From the NCBI GenBank assembly GCA_002269645.1, contig NIVC01000392.1, forward strand, positions 62,001 through 126,000: a stretch of 64,000 bases of DNA, written 5' to 3'. The translations under genes were made by a program, and so were the position numbers. Of this stretch, positions 10,799 to 21,984 are shown in pieces (the stretch's first letter is position 1; each line of letters begins with the position of its first letter). The DNA comes from Macrostomum lignano. Taxonomy: Eukaryota. The notes under the pieces were generated by a model. It did no database searches. It had not been told where the DNA came from and saw only the letters and a program-made list of their open reading frames with translations.

Positions 10799-12129
10799 GA
10801 GCTGCTGTTGCGCTGGGATGCGGTGCTGGCCGACCGTCGGTGCGGGCACTCATCGGCGCGGTGCTCGCGATTGCACCTGTAACACATGGCATTCTGCCGC
10901 CGCAGCTGATAGGGCGGCGGCCTCGAACTCGACCGTTGCTGCAGCTGCTGCTGCTGCTGACGTTGACCTCCTGCTGGCGGCGTTCTCGGCGGCGGGTTGC
11001 TGCCGTCTCGTGGTTGCTGAAGTCGATGGAACGGTTGCTGCGGCACCATACGCGTGCCAGGTGTCGTAAATTGGGCGCTTCCGTCGGCGCTGCGGCGAGG
11101 AGTCGAGGGTACCAGACATCTGGAGCGTTGGCCCCACGAGTCCCGCGGCTGGTGGCGAGGTTCCCATGGCTCCGGGGCGTCGTTATCGCGCGATCCCCGA
11201 GAGTAGAACTCTCGCATCTCGTTACTCAAAGTTTCAAGTAGGCGTCGCTGCTCTTGCAATGTCTCGGCTTGTTGTTCCATGACTTCCCGCAACCAGTTCT
11301 CCTCGGGCCGAGATGACTTGGCGTCGTGTTGCACCGCAGTGGGCGTCTGACTGTCGTCATCTTCCAGGACCCGGACATGTCTCGCTGCTGGCGGCGGTGC
11401 TACTCGCTGAGCCAGACTAGCTGCTGTCTCCAAGCGTAGCACGGCCCGTCTCGCTGCGGTCAGATTCTGCGGTCGCACCAGGATTAGCTGTTCTCTCGCC
11501 GACTGAGCAATCCGCACTCCCACTGTGAACTGATCCACCAGTTCAGCCTGCTTCTGAACCGGGGTAAAATGCGGAAATGCTCTATCGGCCAGAGCAATTA
11601 GTCGATCGCCATAGTCGTCAACGCTCTCGTTCTTGCCTTGCTGGCAGCTTCGGAACTGCTCCCGGTACTCCAGCGTGTCGGCCACATGCGTAAAACGTTC
11701 AGACAACCGCTGTTTGAACTCACCAAACGTTAGATTATCTGGCAGCTCCATCCTGACGACTGCGGGATAGGTGGTGGCGATGTCCAGATTCACGAGGACC
11801 TCCGCCTTCTTGCGTCTGTCGTCTGTGATCCCGTTGAGCTCGCAACGCTCTTCCAGAGCCTGGATCCAGACGTCGAATTCCTGGTTCTGCGTATACCGCT
11901 GAATCTTGACCGGTTTCGGCGCTGGAGCTCGATCCTGCTGCTGGGGCTGCTGGTACACATGATGATGGTGTTGCGGCTGGCCCAGGCTGGTCTGCTCCAG
12001 TCGCCGGCGCACCTCTTCGGTCACCGCGCGAATCATCTCGTCGTAGGTCGGTCTTGTCGTTGAGTTGTCGGGGCCCGCGGCGTCGGCTGTCGCGTCCGCG
12101 GTCGTTGAATTAGTATTAGTTGAAGCCAT
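10735..12129 (-). CDS. gag: Gypsy Gag (capsid plus single zinc knuckle)
   Basis: ATG at 12129 (MASTNT); capsid-like block QQGKNESVDDYGDRLIALADRAF; CYRCNREHRADEC (CX2CX3HX4C). Confidence 0.9.
   Translation of the reverse strand: MASTNTNSTTADATADAAGPDNSTTRPTYDEMIRAVTEEVRRRLEQTSLGQPQHHHHVYQQPQQQDRAPAPKPVKIQRYTQNQEFDVWIQALEERCELNGITDDRRKKAEVLVNLDIATTYPAVVRMELPDNLTFGEFKQRLSERFTHVADTLEYREQFRSCQQGKNESVDDYGDRLIALADRAFPHFTPVQKQAELVDQFTVGVRIAQSAREQLILVRPQNLTAARRAVLRLETAASLAQRVAPPPAARHVRVLEDDDSQTPTAVQHDAKSSRPEENWLREVMEQQAETLQEQRRLLETLSNEMREFYSRGSRDNDAPEPWEPRHQPRDSWGQRSRCLVPSTPRRSADGSAQFTTPGTRMVPQQPFHRLQQPRDGSNPPPRTPPAGGQRQQQQQLQQRSSSRPPPYQLRRQNAMCYRCNREHRADECPHRRSASTASQRNSSSGNGTAGRAIGGSAIQQPSQH
10752..10798 (-). 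promoter_or_regulatory. Programmed -1 ribosomal frameshift signal (gag-pro)
   Basis: G GGA AAC at 10798-10792 in the gag frame, 6-nt spacer, GCTGGA...TCCAGC stem; the -1 frame reads GKRDGW into the protease ORF. Confidence 0.8.
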
Positions 12130-12177
12130 AGTAATGTAGCGTTTGAACGACTCGTTGAAAGGGTTTCGGCGTCTCGT

Positions 12178-12199
12178 AATCCCACTTAGCTGACCACCA
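12178..12199 (-). promoter_or_regulatory. Primer-binding site, tRNA-Leu(CAA)-like with bulges
   Basis: TGGTGgTCAGctAAGTGGGATT, 1 nt after the LTR, versus TGGTGTCAGAAGTGGGATT, the complement of a typical eukaryotic tRNA-Leu(CAA) 3' end. Confidence 0.7.
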
Positions 12200-12200
12200 A

Positions 12201-13212
12201 TGAGGTGGGGCGGAGAAGAATTTTTTGGAAGGTTCTGAGTTTTGAAAATTTGCTGACACCAGTGAGGTGGGGCGGATTCCTCGTTTGAATTTCCGCCGAA
12301 TGTTGCGTTCGCACGAATAAAACCGGAAAAATCGCGCAGATGAATCACAACGGAATTTCTTCTCCTTTTCTCCGACTGCCGGGTTCTCAAGTCCGGGGGG
12401 AGGGTAGTCGTAATCGTAGCAGAGCGGTCGTTTAGCGGCTCGGGTCGTTCAAAAGGGATGGAACACCGGGAGGTTTCTGGCTCCGTAAATTAATGCGTCG
12501 ATGTGTTGAACTGGTTACTTTCAGTAGGGTAGTTGCTGCCACCACCGTAATTTACGTATTACGGAACGGATAAGTCTCAGAGCTTTCTTTGAGATGAGAA
12601 CTTGGTTATTTTACGCCCCACGGGCAAATGACTCAATAAAGGCTATGGCTTTATGTCAGCAGATTAAATATGATTCGGAATAATGGTTATGGGCTTAGTT
12701 TATTAATAACAATGCAGGCTTATGATTAGTAATTTTGGTTTTTTAGACGACAGATGTTCACGGGCGCCGGTGCGCTAAATAAAACTTAAGAAAACGAAAA
12801 TTAGATTAAGGAAAATTAGGTGGTCGAAAAACAAAAGGGGGAGGGTGGGGGAGAAAGGTTAGAAAACAACACCTCGTGCGCAGTTTATAAATAAAGAGAG
12901 AATTACATGTACATCGTTTGGAAGTTAAGCTGGACAGGCCGATGGAGCAAAGTTTCAGTGCGTGGAAACTTTGGGTGGACGGCTTGCCGCAAAGGAAAAG
13001 GGAGAAAAAATTTTAACAAAATCCACCGCAAGGGAGCGTGTTTTAGCACCCAGTGGAAACTAAAACAGTGGCTGGACGGCCACTTGACGGAAAAATGATG
13101 CGCTGGAAATTCAATAGATGGATACGAAGGTAAAAAAAATTAATGTTTCTTGGGCATGCAACTTAGCGTAATTGTTTGATTAAATGTTCAACAGTGGCAC
13201 TCGACTGCCACA
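12201..13212 (-). repeat. 5' LTR (1012 bp)
   Basis: TG...CA; on the minus strand, TATA-like TATTTATAAA at 12893-12884 and AATAAA at 12704-12699. Confidence 0.97.
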
Positions 13213-16200
13213 ATATTACCAATTCCAGAACCAGAATCGGCTCGGAATTCCAAGAAAAACAGCAGTATATCCCGATCAAAAAAAGTTGGCTTAATTATGT
13301 CTTGAAGATGTCTTGCATAAGCTAGAAAGATGTCTTTAAGACGTCTTATAATTGACTTAATTCGGTCTAAAAATTGGCTCCTTGCAACACTTGTAGACAG
13401 CTTAGAGATAACTTAAAGACGTCTTAAGACATCTTCAAGACATCTTAAAATCTGCTCAAAGACATCTTCCAGATGACTTGCAAAAGATGTCTTGCCCAAG
13501 ATCATTTAAGAAATGCTGTTACCATGGTAATCAAAATTGTTTAAAAGAAATGACAAAAAGTATTACAGCACTCTTTTATTGGTTTCATTTCAGGCAACAT
13601 TGATATTAAAGAAAAGCTTTTTGAGCTTCTAATTATGGTTCAATGCAATTTATCATTTATTTTTTGATTTTATAAAAGGTACAGATTAAAAGTCACAAAA
13701 GCAATTAAAATGGTGAATCGAAAACAAGTAAAAATACAATATTTAATAAAAGTGCAAAAATACTCAATTGTATAAATATATAATGCATCATACCCAGTCA
13801 TTGCATGAAAAGACTTACTTAATGCAATAATGACTAAGTTGCTCATTGCTTGGTAAAAAGCTTGCTGTCAATTGATCCTTTGCTAGCCAATTACTAGTTT
13901 AGAATTGGCTTAATCCAGGAAGATTCAAGACCCAGGTTAGCTTGCACAATGATAAATAGCATGCATTGATAACAGTGGCTGAAAAGGATAAATTTAAAAA
14001 GGGTTATAGTTTATAGTTGAGTTTTAATAATTTCAAATTTATAAGTAAAAAGAATTAGATATTAAAAAATAAATAAAGAATAATTCTACTTTAAAACATT
14101 TATAAACAAATTACCTATAAGCTATACAAATTCAATAGCTTAGCCTTAGGCTCAAATATGTAGGCTAAGGCTTAGGGGCCTAGGGCCTAATCTCAAGGCA
14201 AAATAAAAAGATTGGAATGCCAATTTTATAAAACTTCTAACTTCTAAGTATACTAACTCTATTTTTAAATCTATTAGGCCTAGGCCTAATCCAACTTTTG
14301 AATATGATATAATAAATTAGGCCTAGGCCTATATATAGCCATTTTAGGCTATCTATTTTTTATTTTAAATTTTCATTGGCCTAGCCTTTAGACAATGGCA
14401 CCTATAATATATATATAGTATATTGAAAGCATATGTACATTGCCATTAGCCACTAATAAAGGCAAAGAAAAAGGCAAAAGCAATAATATAGGGCTTAAGC
14501 CTAAGGCTTAGCCCAAGGAAATTATTTAATTTTGACATAAAAATCAAAACAAAATTTTTAGGCTTAAGGATAGAGCTAAGAGGCCTACAACAAATTAGTC
14601 TTGATAAGCCAATCAATAGGCCTAGCTATGAAATTCTAACTTTAAATAAAAAAACCAGAAGTAAGTAAATAAAACACTTTATACTTATAGGCCATAGTTA
14701 AAGCCTGAATCTTTTAAGGCCTAACTTAAAAAAATTAAACATGACTTTGCATTAGTTAACTAGTGCTAATCTTAGCTAGGCATAGTATGCCATAGGCTTA
14801 GATAGATTGGCCTAACTAAAAGAACATTGTATTTATATTTTAGTTTAGTCTAATTTAAAATTATAATTTGGAAATCAGGATATTACAATTCTATTGCACA
14901 AAGATATAAAACTATATTCTGGGTTCTTTGTTTGCACCTGGCATTAGGATGGGAAATCAAATCCTGGAAGCTATCCAAGGAAGGACTAAGTAAAAGACTA
15001 GGAAGGTCTAACTTGACGATAGTAAATGTAAATCATCACTAATACACTATCACAGTAAGTAAGGATAAACCTAGGGTAGGGCTTAGGCCAGAAATCTATA
15101 TAGGCTATAGTAGCCAATGAAAAATCGAAACTTATCACACAAGATAGAAACAAGTGTTCGACAATTAGGCCCCTAATCATTAATTGATGATCATTAATAA
15201 TCATGCCCGGGCCGCCCGGGGTTGTCTTTAGTTCTTTTTAAAAATGATGTTCCGCCATTTTGTTTTTGGCTGTTTTGAACAAAAGCATCACCGATAAGAA
15301 TATATAATGCATCTTTGTCTATTTTTAATTCTGAGATGTTTAGATTTTTGTAAATATTTTTACCATCATCAATATTGTTGTAATTAAACTTTGTCTTTAA
15401 GTTTATAACGACCCAATATAAAAAATTGCATATATTGCGCTTCAAAAAAGCTTAAAGGGTTATTTAAAATAAGCACACCTTCCACAGACTACAATTCAAC
15501 GAAAATTAGCGATAACCCAAGACGCCCAAAATTGTGATAATTGCGCATTAATTACAATTGAATTTGCAAAATTAGGCAATTATTGCAAATTAATTGGCAA
15601 TTGATTGTCAATCTTGATAAGCAAATTATAATTTAATTGCAATCTCGACAAGCAGATTACAATTAGATTGCAATTGTGACAATTAAATTGTAATTAGCAC
15701 AAGAGGATTGGCAATCAAATTACAATTTGCTTGAGCAATTCTGATTGTAATTTCGCTTTTTATCTTGCTACTACTAGTAATACATACAATTAATATACTG
15801 CATTGATTTTTGTTTCATAGGAGAGTAGAGTACTCAGTTAATTGATTCCCTCATACACATAAATACACACTTGCCCATTAGAAAATAACAAACAAGTTCA
15901 GAAAACAAAATCAACTTATGCCAATTGCAACCAACCACTTCAACAAAACATTAAATTGACAACATTTTTAGCAAGACTCAAGATACTATTTATATTTTAA
16001 TGAATTAATTAGAGCTAATGCATTTTAGGATTATGGTGAGGAAATACGTTTTTGCAGCAATAAATAAATCAGTCTGTTGAGCTGGTCTGTTTTTGTAGCA
16101 ATAAATTGGGCCATTGGTTCTTCCTTCCTTCCTTAGGACCCTGGATGGGCTGCTGCTCCTTTGCTAGTCTGTTGAGCTAGAAAAATTAAAATAGTTTTGT

Positions 16201-17381
16201 TATTAGAGATAGGTAAAAGAAAAGAACAACATATTAATCATATGCCTATTTAAAACTCATTCTAAAATAAGACTACATAGTAAATGACTTAGCAATGACA
16301 TTGCCTTTTGCCCTTGGCTATATATTAAAGTCATCAAGCATTATAAGCATATAATTCCTAACTAGGTCTAGGCTGATCTATTTACTAATAGTATTACAAA
16401 ATTTATGCAATAACCAAGATAACTTACCATTATCATTAGACTTATTCTATAGTATAGATTAGGGGCCTATGATCAAATTTACTTCTAGTTTGGCTCTACT
16501 AGGCTTTGTAATTAGTTAAACTTAATTTAGGCCTAATGATTCTTATTTGAGTATAGTTAAAATCCAATTTTATAACTCAAAACTAAAATATAGAAATAGG
16601 CTAAGGACTTTTATCTTTAGACTAACTTACTTAGTGAAGGTCATGTAACCAGCATAAAAATTCTTAGTTTAGACTATAATATATACTATATAAGACAATA
16701 TTTGGTTATTATACCTTTTTACATTCAATTTTGATCAAAGTCCAGTTCTAAAAAAACTAGCAGAAATTTAACTGGACAATTTTATTTATAACTAAACCTT
16801 GCTTTGGTGCAGAATTTTTTGAACTAGATTTTGTTTTATTGATTTTACACAAGTATTGCCCTAGACCTAGTCTGAATTGTCTAAATTGAATTTCTGCTAG
16901 TTTTTTAGAATTGGATTTTGATCAAAATTGATCATGAAAAGGTGTATTATGCCTACTAAAGACACTAAATAATGATTGAGGCTATATTATGGTTTTAAAT
17001 AATGTAGTCTTAAATAATATTTGAATAGAATATAATAATAGAATAAAAAGACATTTAGAATAGTTGGATAAGATAGCCTAGGTGGCAAGTCCATTATAGC
17101 CATAATAGAAGTCTTGGACACTAAAGTTAAGAAAGCTAAGCTAATGAAAACATTGAAAAGCTTTGCTAGGCTATATTATACCTATAATTATACTTGGGTT
17201 TATGAGCTATGAGTAAAATTTAAAGGCCAATTGGGCAAAGCAAATTATAAATATAAAAAGCAATTGCTTTTTTAAATATTAGGCTTCACATAGCCAAGGC
17301 CTGCTCCTCAAAATTCCTATTAATAATTGCTCATGTTGTCTAAATAAATTTGCTAATTGCTAATATTCCAAAAATAATATA

Positions 17382-18390
17382 CCTTTTTACGTTCTATTTG
17401 ATAAAAACTGCAACCAATTTGGCCACAGCTCAGCCTGACCATAGACATAGAATTTTCCATAGACAGCCACCGCTAGCGGCAACCAATTTGGTAAAAACTG
17501 CGAGCTATTTTGCCAGCTTGAAGATAGCAGCTGCTCTGATGGCGAATCGTGGGCCGTACCAAAAGATAAGTCAGCTGGATCGAGAGCGAATCGTGAGAGT
17601 GTACAGGAGTGGCGACGACTGGGGAGAGCTTGGCAGAATGATGGGGATGAAGAAACCGACAGTGAGGAACATCGTGACCACGTATGAACGAACTGGTAGA
17701 GTTGGCACTTTGCCAAAAGGAGGAGTGAAGAGGATGGCGCTGACGGAGGCTATGGTGGACACCATTGTTCAATTCGAACGAGCACTTCATGGAATTCCTC
17801 TCTGAGATCGATGTTCTGATGGAAGAGGAGTTTGTGCTACTGTCCGATGGGGCTCGCGCTCACCTAGTTGTCCCTGGGATGTCTGAAGGTCATGCTCACC
17901 GATTCCTGCCTCCATACTCGCCGTTCATCAACCCGGCGGAGTACGCAGGCTCAGCGCTGAAGGCCAAGCTGAAAATGCAATTGCAATCACCTGCCATTCA
18001 GCGTGAGGTGGCAGATACTGGACTGGCTGCTGCAGCAGGTGCGACACTGCATCAGCACAGGATACGAATTCTGAAGAGAGAAGTGCAGCAAGCACTGAAC
18101 TGCATCACGCCTCTCAAGTGCCTGCGCTGGATCAACCATTCCCAGACGTACTTCAATCGGTGCTTGAATGCTGAGGACATAATGTTCTGACTTTGTGCAT
18201 GTATTGTTAACATTCTTTATCGTTATTGTTATGCTATTGAGCTGCTATCTTCAAGCTGGCAAAATAGCTCGCAGTTTTTACCAAATTGGTTGCCGCTAGC
18301 GGTGGCTGTCTATGGAAAATTGCTGCGGCTGCGTCAGGCTGAGCCGTGGCCAAATTGGTTGCAGTTTTTATCAAATAGAACGTAAAAAGG
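17382..18390 (+). mobile_element. IS630/Tc1/mariner internal-deletion derivative with about 150-bp TIRs
   Basis: CCTTTTTACGTTCTATTTG...GATAGCAGCT (17382-17533) inverted at 18240-18390; ends may instead lie at the internal TA sites (17390-18382). Confidence 0.92.
17539..18190 (+). pseudogene. Truncated ITm transposase
   Basis: N-terminal HTH (RERIVRVY...KPTVRNIVTTYERTG) joined out of frame near 17770 to the catalytic C-half LLSDGARAH...FLPPYSPFINPAE; first catalytic Asp region missing. Confidence 0.88.
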
Positions 18391-19647
18391 AATAATAATA
18401 ATAATATTTTTGCGCTTTTTGCAGCATTATTATTATTATACAATAAAGTCAATTTAGACCTACCCTACCCACTTGGCTACTATCACAAAGCAATAGGCCT
18501 TTGCTAGTTTTTTAGAAGAAAACCCAACAGAACACAAAGACACAACACAAGCCTGCTACCATAGCCAACTAGGTTACATTAAATTTACAGGTAATATCTT
18601 ATAGGGCCAGCCTTACATGCCACCTCTCTATCCAATCTATAGTCTATATATAATAGGCCAACTCTATGATGTAGATTATACTTATAATGTCATCATATCA
18701 CACAACAGAGGCACAACACAAGACTAGGCTTAGGCCTACAATAAAATAGGGGCTAGGCTACTGTCACTGAAACTGAAATTAAAAGCACTATATTAATATT
18801 ATTAGAATAATTATTTTGTTAGCTTTTACAGGCTTAGCCTTTTAATTAATGCTGATTATAATTATGACGAGTTCATAACTATTACAACAAGTCAAGTAGG
18901 GAGAGCTATACTTTAGGCTATCTGGCTAACTTATAATTATAGAAAACATGGCGGACATTTTGCAGCATTTTTGCTCAAAGCAAATCTTAATACATCGCTT
19001 AAACAAATTATAAACATTTTTCTTAAAAATGCTGCTAAAACAAATCTTTACAAAATATGGCTATCCAAACTGTAGTTATTGGCTCATTTCCTTTATCGCT
19101 AACACAAAATTATAAAACAGTTAAAGTTCACAATCAAATTGCAATTCGTCCAATTTAATATTCTAAGTATTCTACTGTTAAGTAGAGAGTAAAGCATTTT
19201 AGTAGAATTGCAATAATTACAAGTGACTTGCACAAGTGAATTGCAATTTAACTAATTTTAGGGAAATAAAATTGCAATTACGGCAATTATTTCAATTTTA
19301 TTGCAATATTCCCAATTTCATCGCAATCCAGGTGTTTTGGGAAACGTCACAATAGTGCTTGATTTTCTTTTTTATCGATTTAGTGATCTGGATAAATTTG
19401 TATCTGAAATTTCCTACTTACAGTAGAAACAGTAGTTTATGTAATTTTTTGTCTTTAAGGTGATGTCTTAAAGATGTCTTAAACAAGACATCTTACAAAA
19501 GTAAATTTTAAGTCATCTTGAAGACAGCTTCGTCAGGATGGCTTGTAGAAGCAAAGTTAAAGATATCTTGAAATTGTCTTGAGGTGTCTAGCCATCTTAA
19601 GACAATTATAAGATGTCTTAAGACAACTTTTTTTTGATCGGGATATA

Positions 19648-20723
19648 TGAGGTGGGGGCAATTTAGACTTGGGGGTGGTCGGGATTGTCCGGTGTTCACT
19701 TGATCTAATGTCGAATTTGAGCGGCTCGGGCCTTTGATTGGGCGCCGTCGTTATTTCGCACGAATTAAATCTGGAAAGTTTGCGTGAACGGATCCCGATG
19801 AAAACAACTTGTAGATACTCCGTCTGCCGGGGTCCTCAATCCCGGGGGGAGGGTAGTTTTGGTCGTAGGCAAGCGGCCTTCGTTTGGCGCAAGCATTCAG
19901 ATGGTGGGCCTCAGACACCGTAGATTGAATGAGTCTCGTATTCTTGTTGTGTTACTAACAGTAGAGTAGCGCTGCCACCACCGTAATTTGCGTATTACGG
20001 AACGTTGAAAAAGTCTCAGAGCTTGCTTCGAGGTGAGACTGGGTTATTTTACGCCCCATGGGCAAATGACTTAAGTTAAGCTATGACTTTTATCGAAAAC
20101 GGTTTGCAGCAAATTAATGCAAGTTTATTGCTTATCGAGTTAGTATAAAAAACTGAAAATATTAAACTAGGCCTCACGCGCGTAAAATAAGAGACCACCG
20201 ACGACAGATGAATCAGGGGTGCCGCGGTGCGGGCTTACTTAAATAAAACTAAGTTAGGTTTTCTTTCCTTCAAGTAATAGACTACGTTAACTAAACGTTA
20301 TTAAGTTAAGGGGCGTGTCGGAAAGAGTACAAGAAAGGGAAAAAAACAAGAGAAAGGGAGAAAGGAGATTGAGGGGAGGACAGGCGCAAGGGGTGGGAAT
20401 AAATACCCAGGAAACAGGTCACAAAAAGGCTTGCGAGGCCCAGAAACTGGGGAAGAGCGAAACTCAAAAGGCCAAAAAGGGGATTCAACACAACTACCGC
20501 AGAAATACATAGTAAAACAAAAGGAAAACACAATCTGGTCATATAGCGCCAGAAAATGGGGCAAGGGGAACAGAAAGAGGGCAGAAATACGTCATGACTT
20601 GCGCCAGGGAGTGGACTAACGGGGACCAGAATAGGGTACGCATAATTTTATTGTCCAGAAACTGTAATGTTATTAAAAAAATCATATGAGCCAATAATCA
20701 ATCGATGGTACCCAACTACCACA
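19648..20723 (-). mobile_element. Solo LTR-b (1076 bp), third subfamily
   Basis: TGAGGTGGGG...CTACCACA; TSD TATA (19644-19647, 20724-20727); shares conserved blocks with the other LTRs. Confidence 0.9.
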
Positions 20724-20859
20724 TATATAACAATTAAACTCTGTTAATATTTGACTGCCTTAACAACCTAACTTAGCACAATTTTTCGCTTTCTTCTTGG
20801 CAATTGTCATTCAATAATAAAAACTTTATAGCACGTATTTCCCTCTAGTTATGGAGACA

Positions 20860-21160
20860 AAAAGTTATACTTCACAAATTGGTTCTGGTTCTGGAACCAG
20901 AACAAGCAATATGAAAAGGCCCATTGAGCCTCTTCACGGCAATCGATTCCAGAACCAGGGCCTTTTCATATTGCTTTTATATTGTCAAACATTCAACAGA
21001 ATTAGATAGTTATACTGCTGTTTTTCTTGGAAGAATTGAATTGGAGGCTTTTCATATTACCAATTCCATCTTAACAATCTTACCAATTCCAATTTCTCCC
21101 TCTAGTTATGGAGACAAAAAGTTATAGGCCTACTTCACAAATTGGTTCTGGTTCTGGAAG
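20860..21160. repeat. Family X repeat fragments, locally duplicated
   Basis: GGCCTTTTCATAT, TTCCAGAACCAG and GTTATACTGCTGTTTTTCTTGG blocks; CCTCTAGTTATGGAGACAAAAAGTTATA occurs twice. Confidence 0.7.
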
Positions 21161-21984
21161 TCATTTTAAGTCATTTTAAGTCACTTAAGCCACTCGAATG
21201 CACCTATGAAAAGCTTCAAAAAGCATCCAAAATAAAATGGCGCAAAATTAAATTTTTACTTTGACCAGATTTTACAATATTACAATTTGGCACTTACCTT
21301 AACTTAGGGCCTAGTATTCTAAGGCCTATTATAGGGTGCCCGTGCCTTCCTTTATCTCCTTTATTCTACTTTATTTAGAAAACCCCTTCTTTATCTCCTC
21401 TATTTAGAATTTTTTTGGGAGTTTCTCCTTTATTTTAGACATTTTAGCTACTAGGATTTTTAGCACTTGTAATTTTTGGGAGTTTCTCCTTTATTTTAGC
21501 CACTTTAGCTACTAGGATTTTTAGCACTTGTGCTTTAATGTATTGTTAGTTTAGGGCCGGGTCCTTTTAAATATTCATTTTTTAGAAGACTATTCCATTG
21601 ACTTGCATTATTTTCAAAGGTAAAGTTATGTTATGTAGAAGAATAGCTTGTAAGTCTCAAGAAAGGTTTGTATATGATTAGTTAATATTTGAACAAACTT
21701 TAAAGCGGCAACCCTAGGTTAGCCACAATATTAAATATGTGGAACTATGGAGCTATAAATATACAAGTTCTCAGGATTGCAAATTGGCTAGAAAGATGAT
21801 GTGATCTAAGCAATCAACAAATAGGCCACTAAATAAAACAACCATGAGAGTACTATATCCCTTGAGAGTACAACTAGGAGAGTACATGAGAATACAACTG
21901 GCTTTTGAAACAGGGATTGGAAAATTTTTAGGCCTACCTCAAAGACCTGATAAAGAATCCAGCTAGGGCCTAATGGCTGCAGGG

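Larger units (their letters stand above)
2830..13212 (-). mobile_element. Full-length Ty3/Gypsy LTR retrotransposon (10.4 kb) with extra ORF3
   Basis: Near-identical TG...CA LTRs; 4-bp TSD ATAT (2826-2829, 13213-13216); domain order gag-PR-RT-RH-IN; PBS next to 5' LTR. Confidence 0.97.
15516..19341. mobile_element. Second nested non-autonomous TIR element (3.8 kb)
   Basis: AA|CCCAAGACGCC ... GGTGTTTTGGG|AA (9/11 TIR match, 2-bp TSD AA); AATTGCAAT/ATTACAAT subterminal repeats at both ends. Confidence 0.55.
13271..19642. mobile_element. Non-autonomous TIR DNA transposon (6.4 kb), possibly CMC/EnSpm-like
   Basis: CCCGATCAAAAAAAGTTG ... CAACTTTTTTTTGATCGGG; AT on both flanks (alternatively TA TSD with TATCCCG ends); many AAGATGTCTT/AAGACATCTT subterminal repeats at both ends; no transposase. 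Confidence 0.8.

Noticed and set aside
6276-11241. Many plus-strand ORFs antisense to gag-pol
   Set aside because: Expected shadow frames of GC-rich coding DNA; no motifs
15194-15445. 83-aa ORF inside the TIR element (ILIGDAF resembles a Harbinger motif)
   Set aside because: Non-ATG start, too short, no supporting motifs nearby
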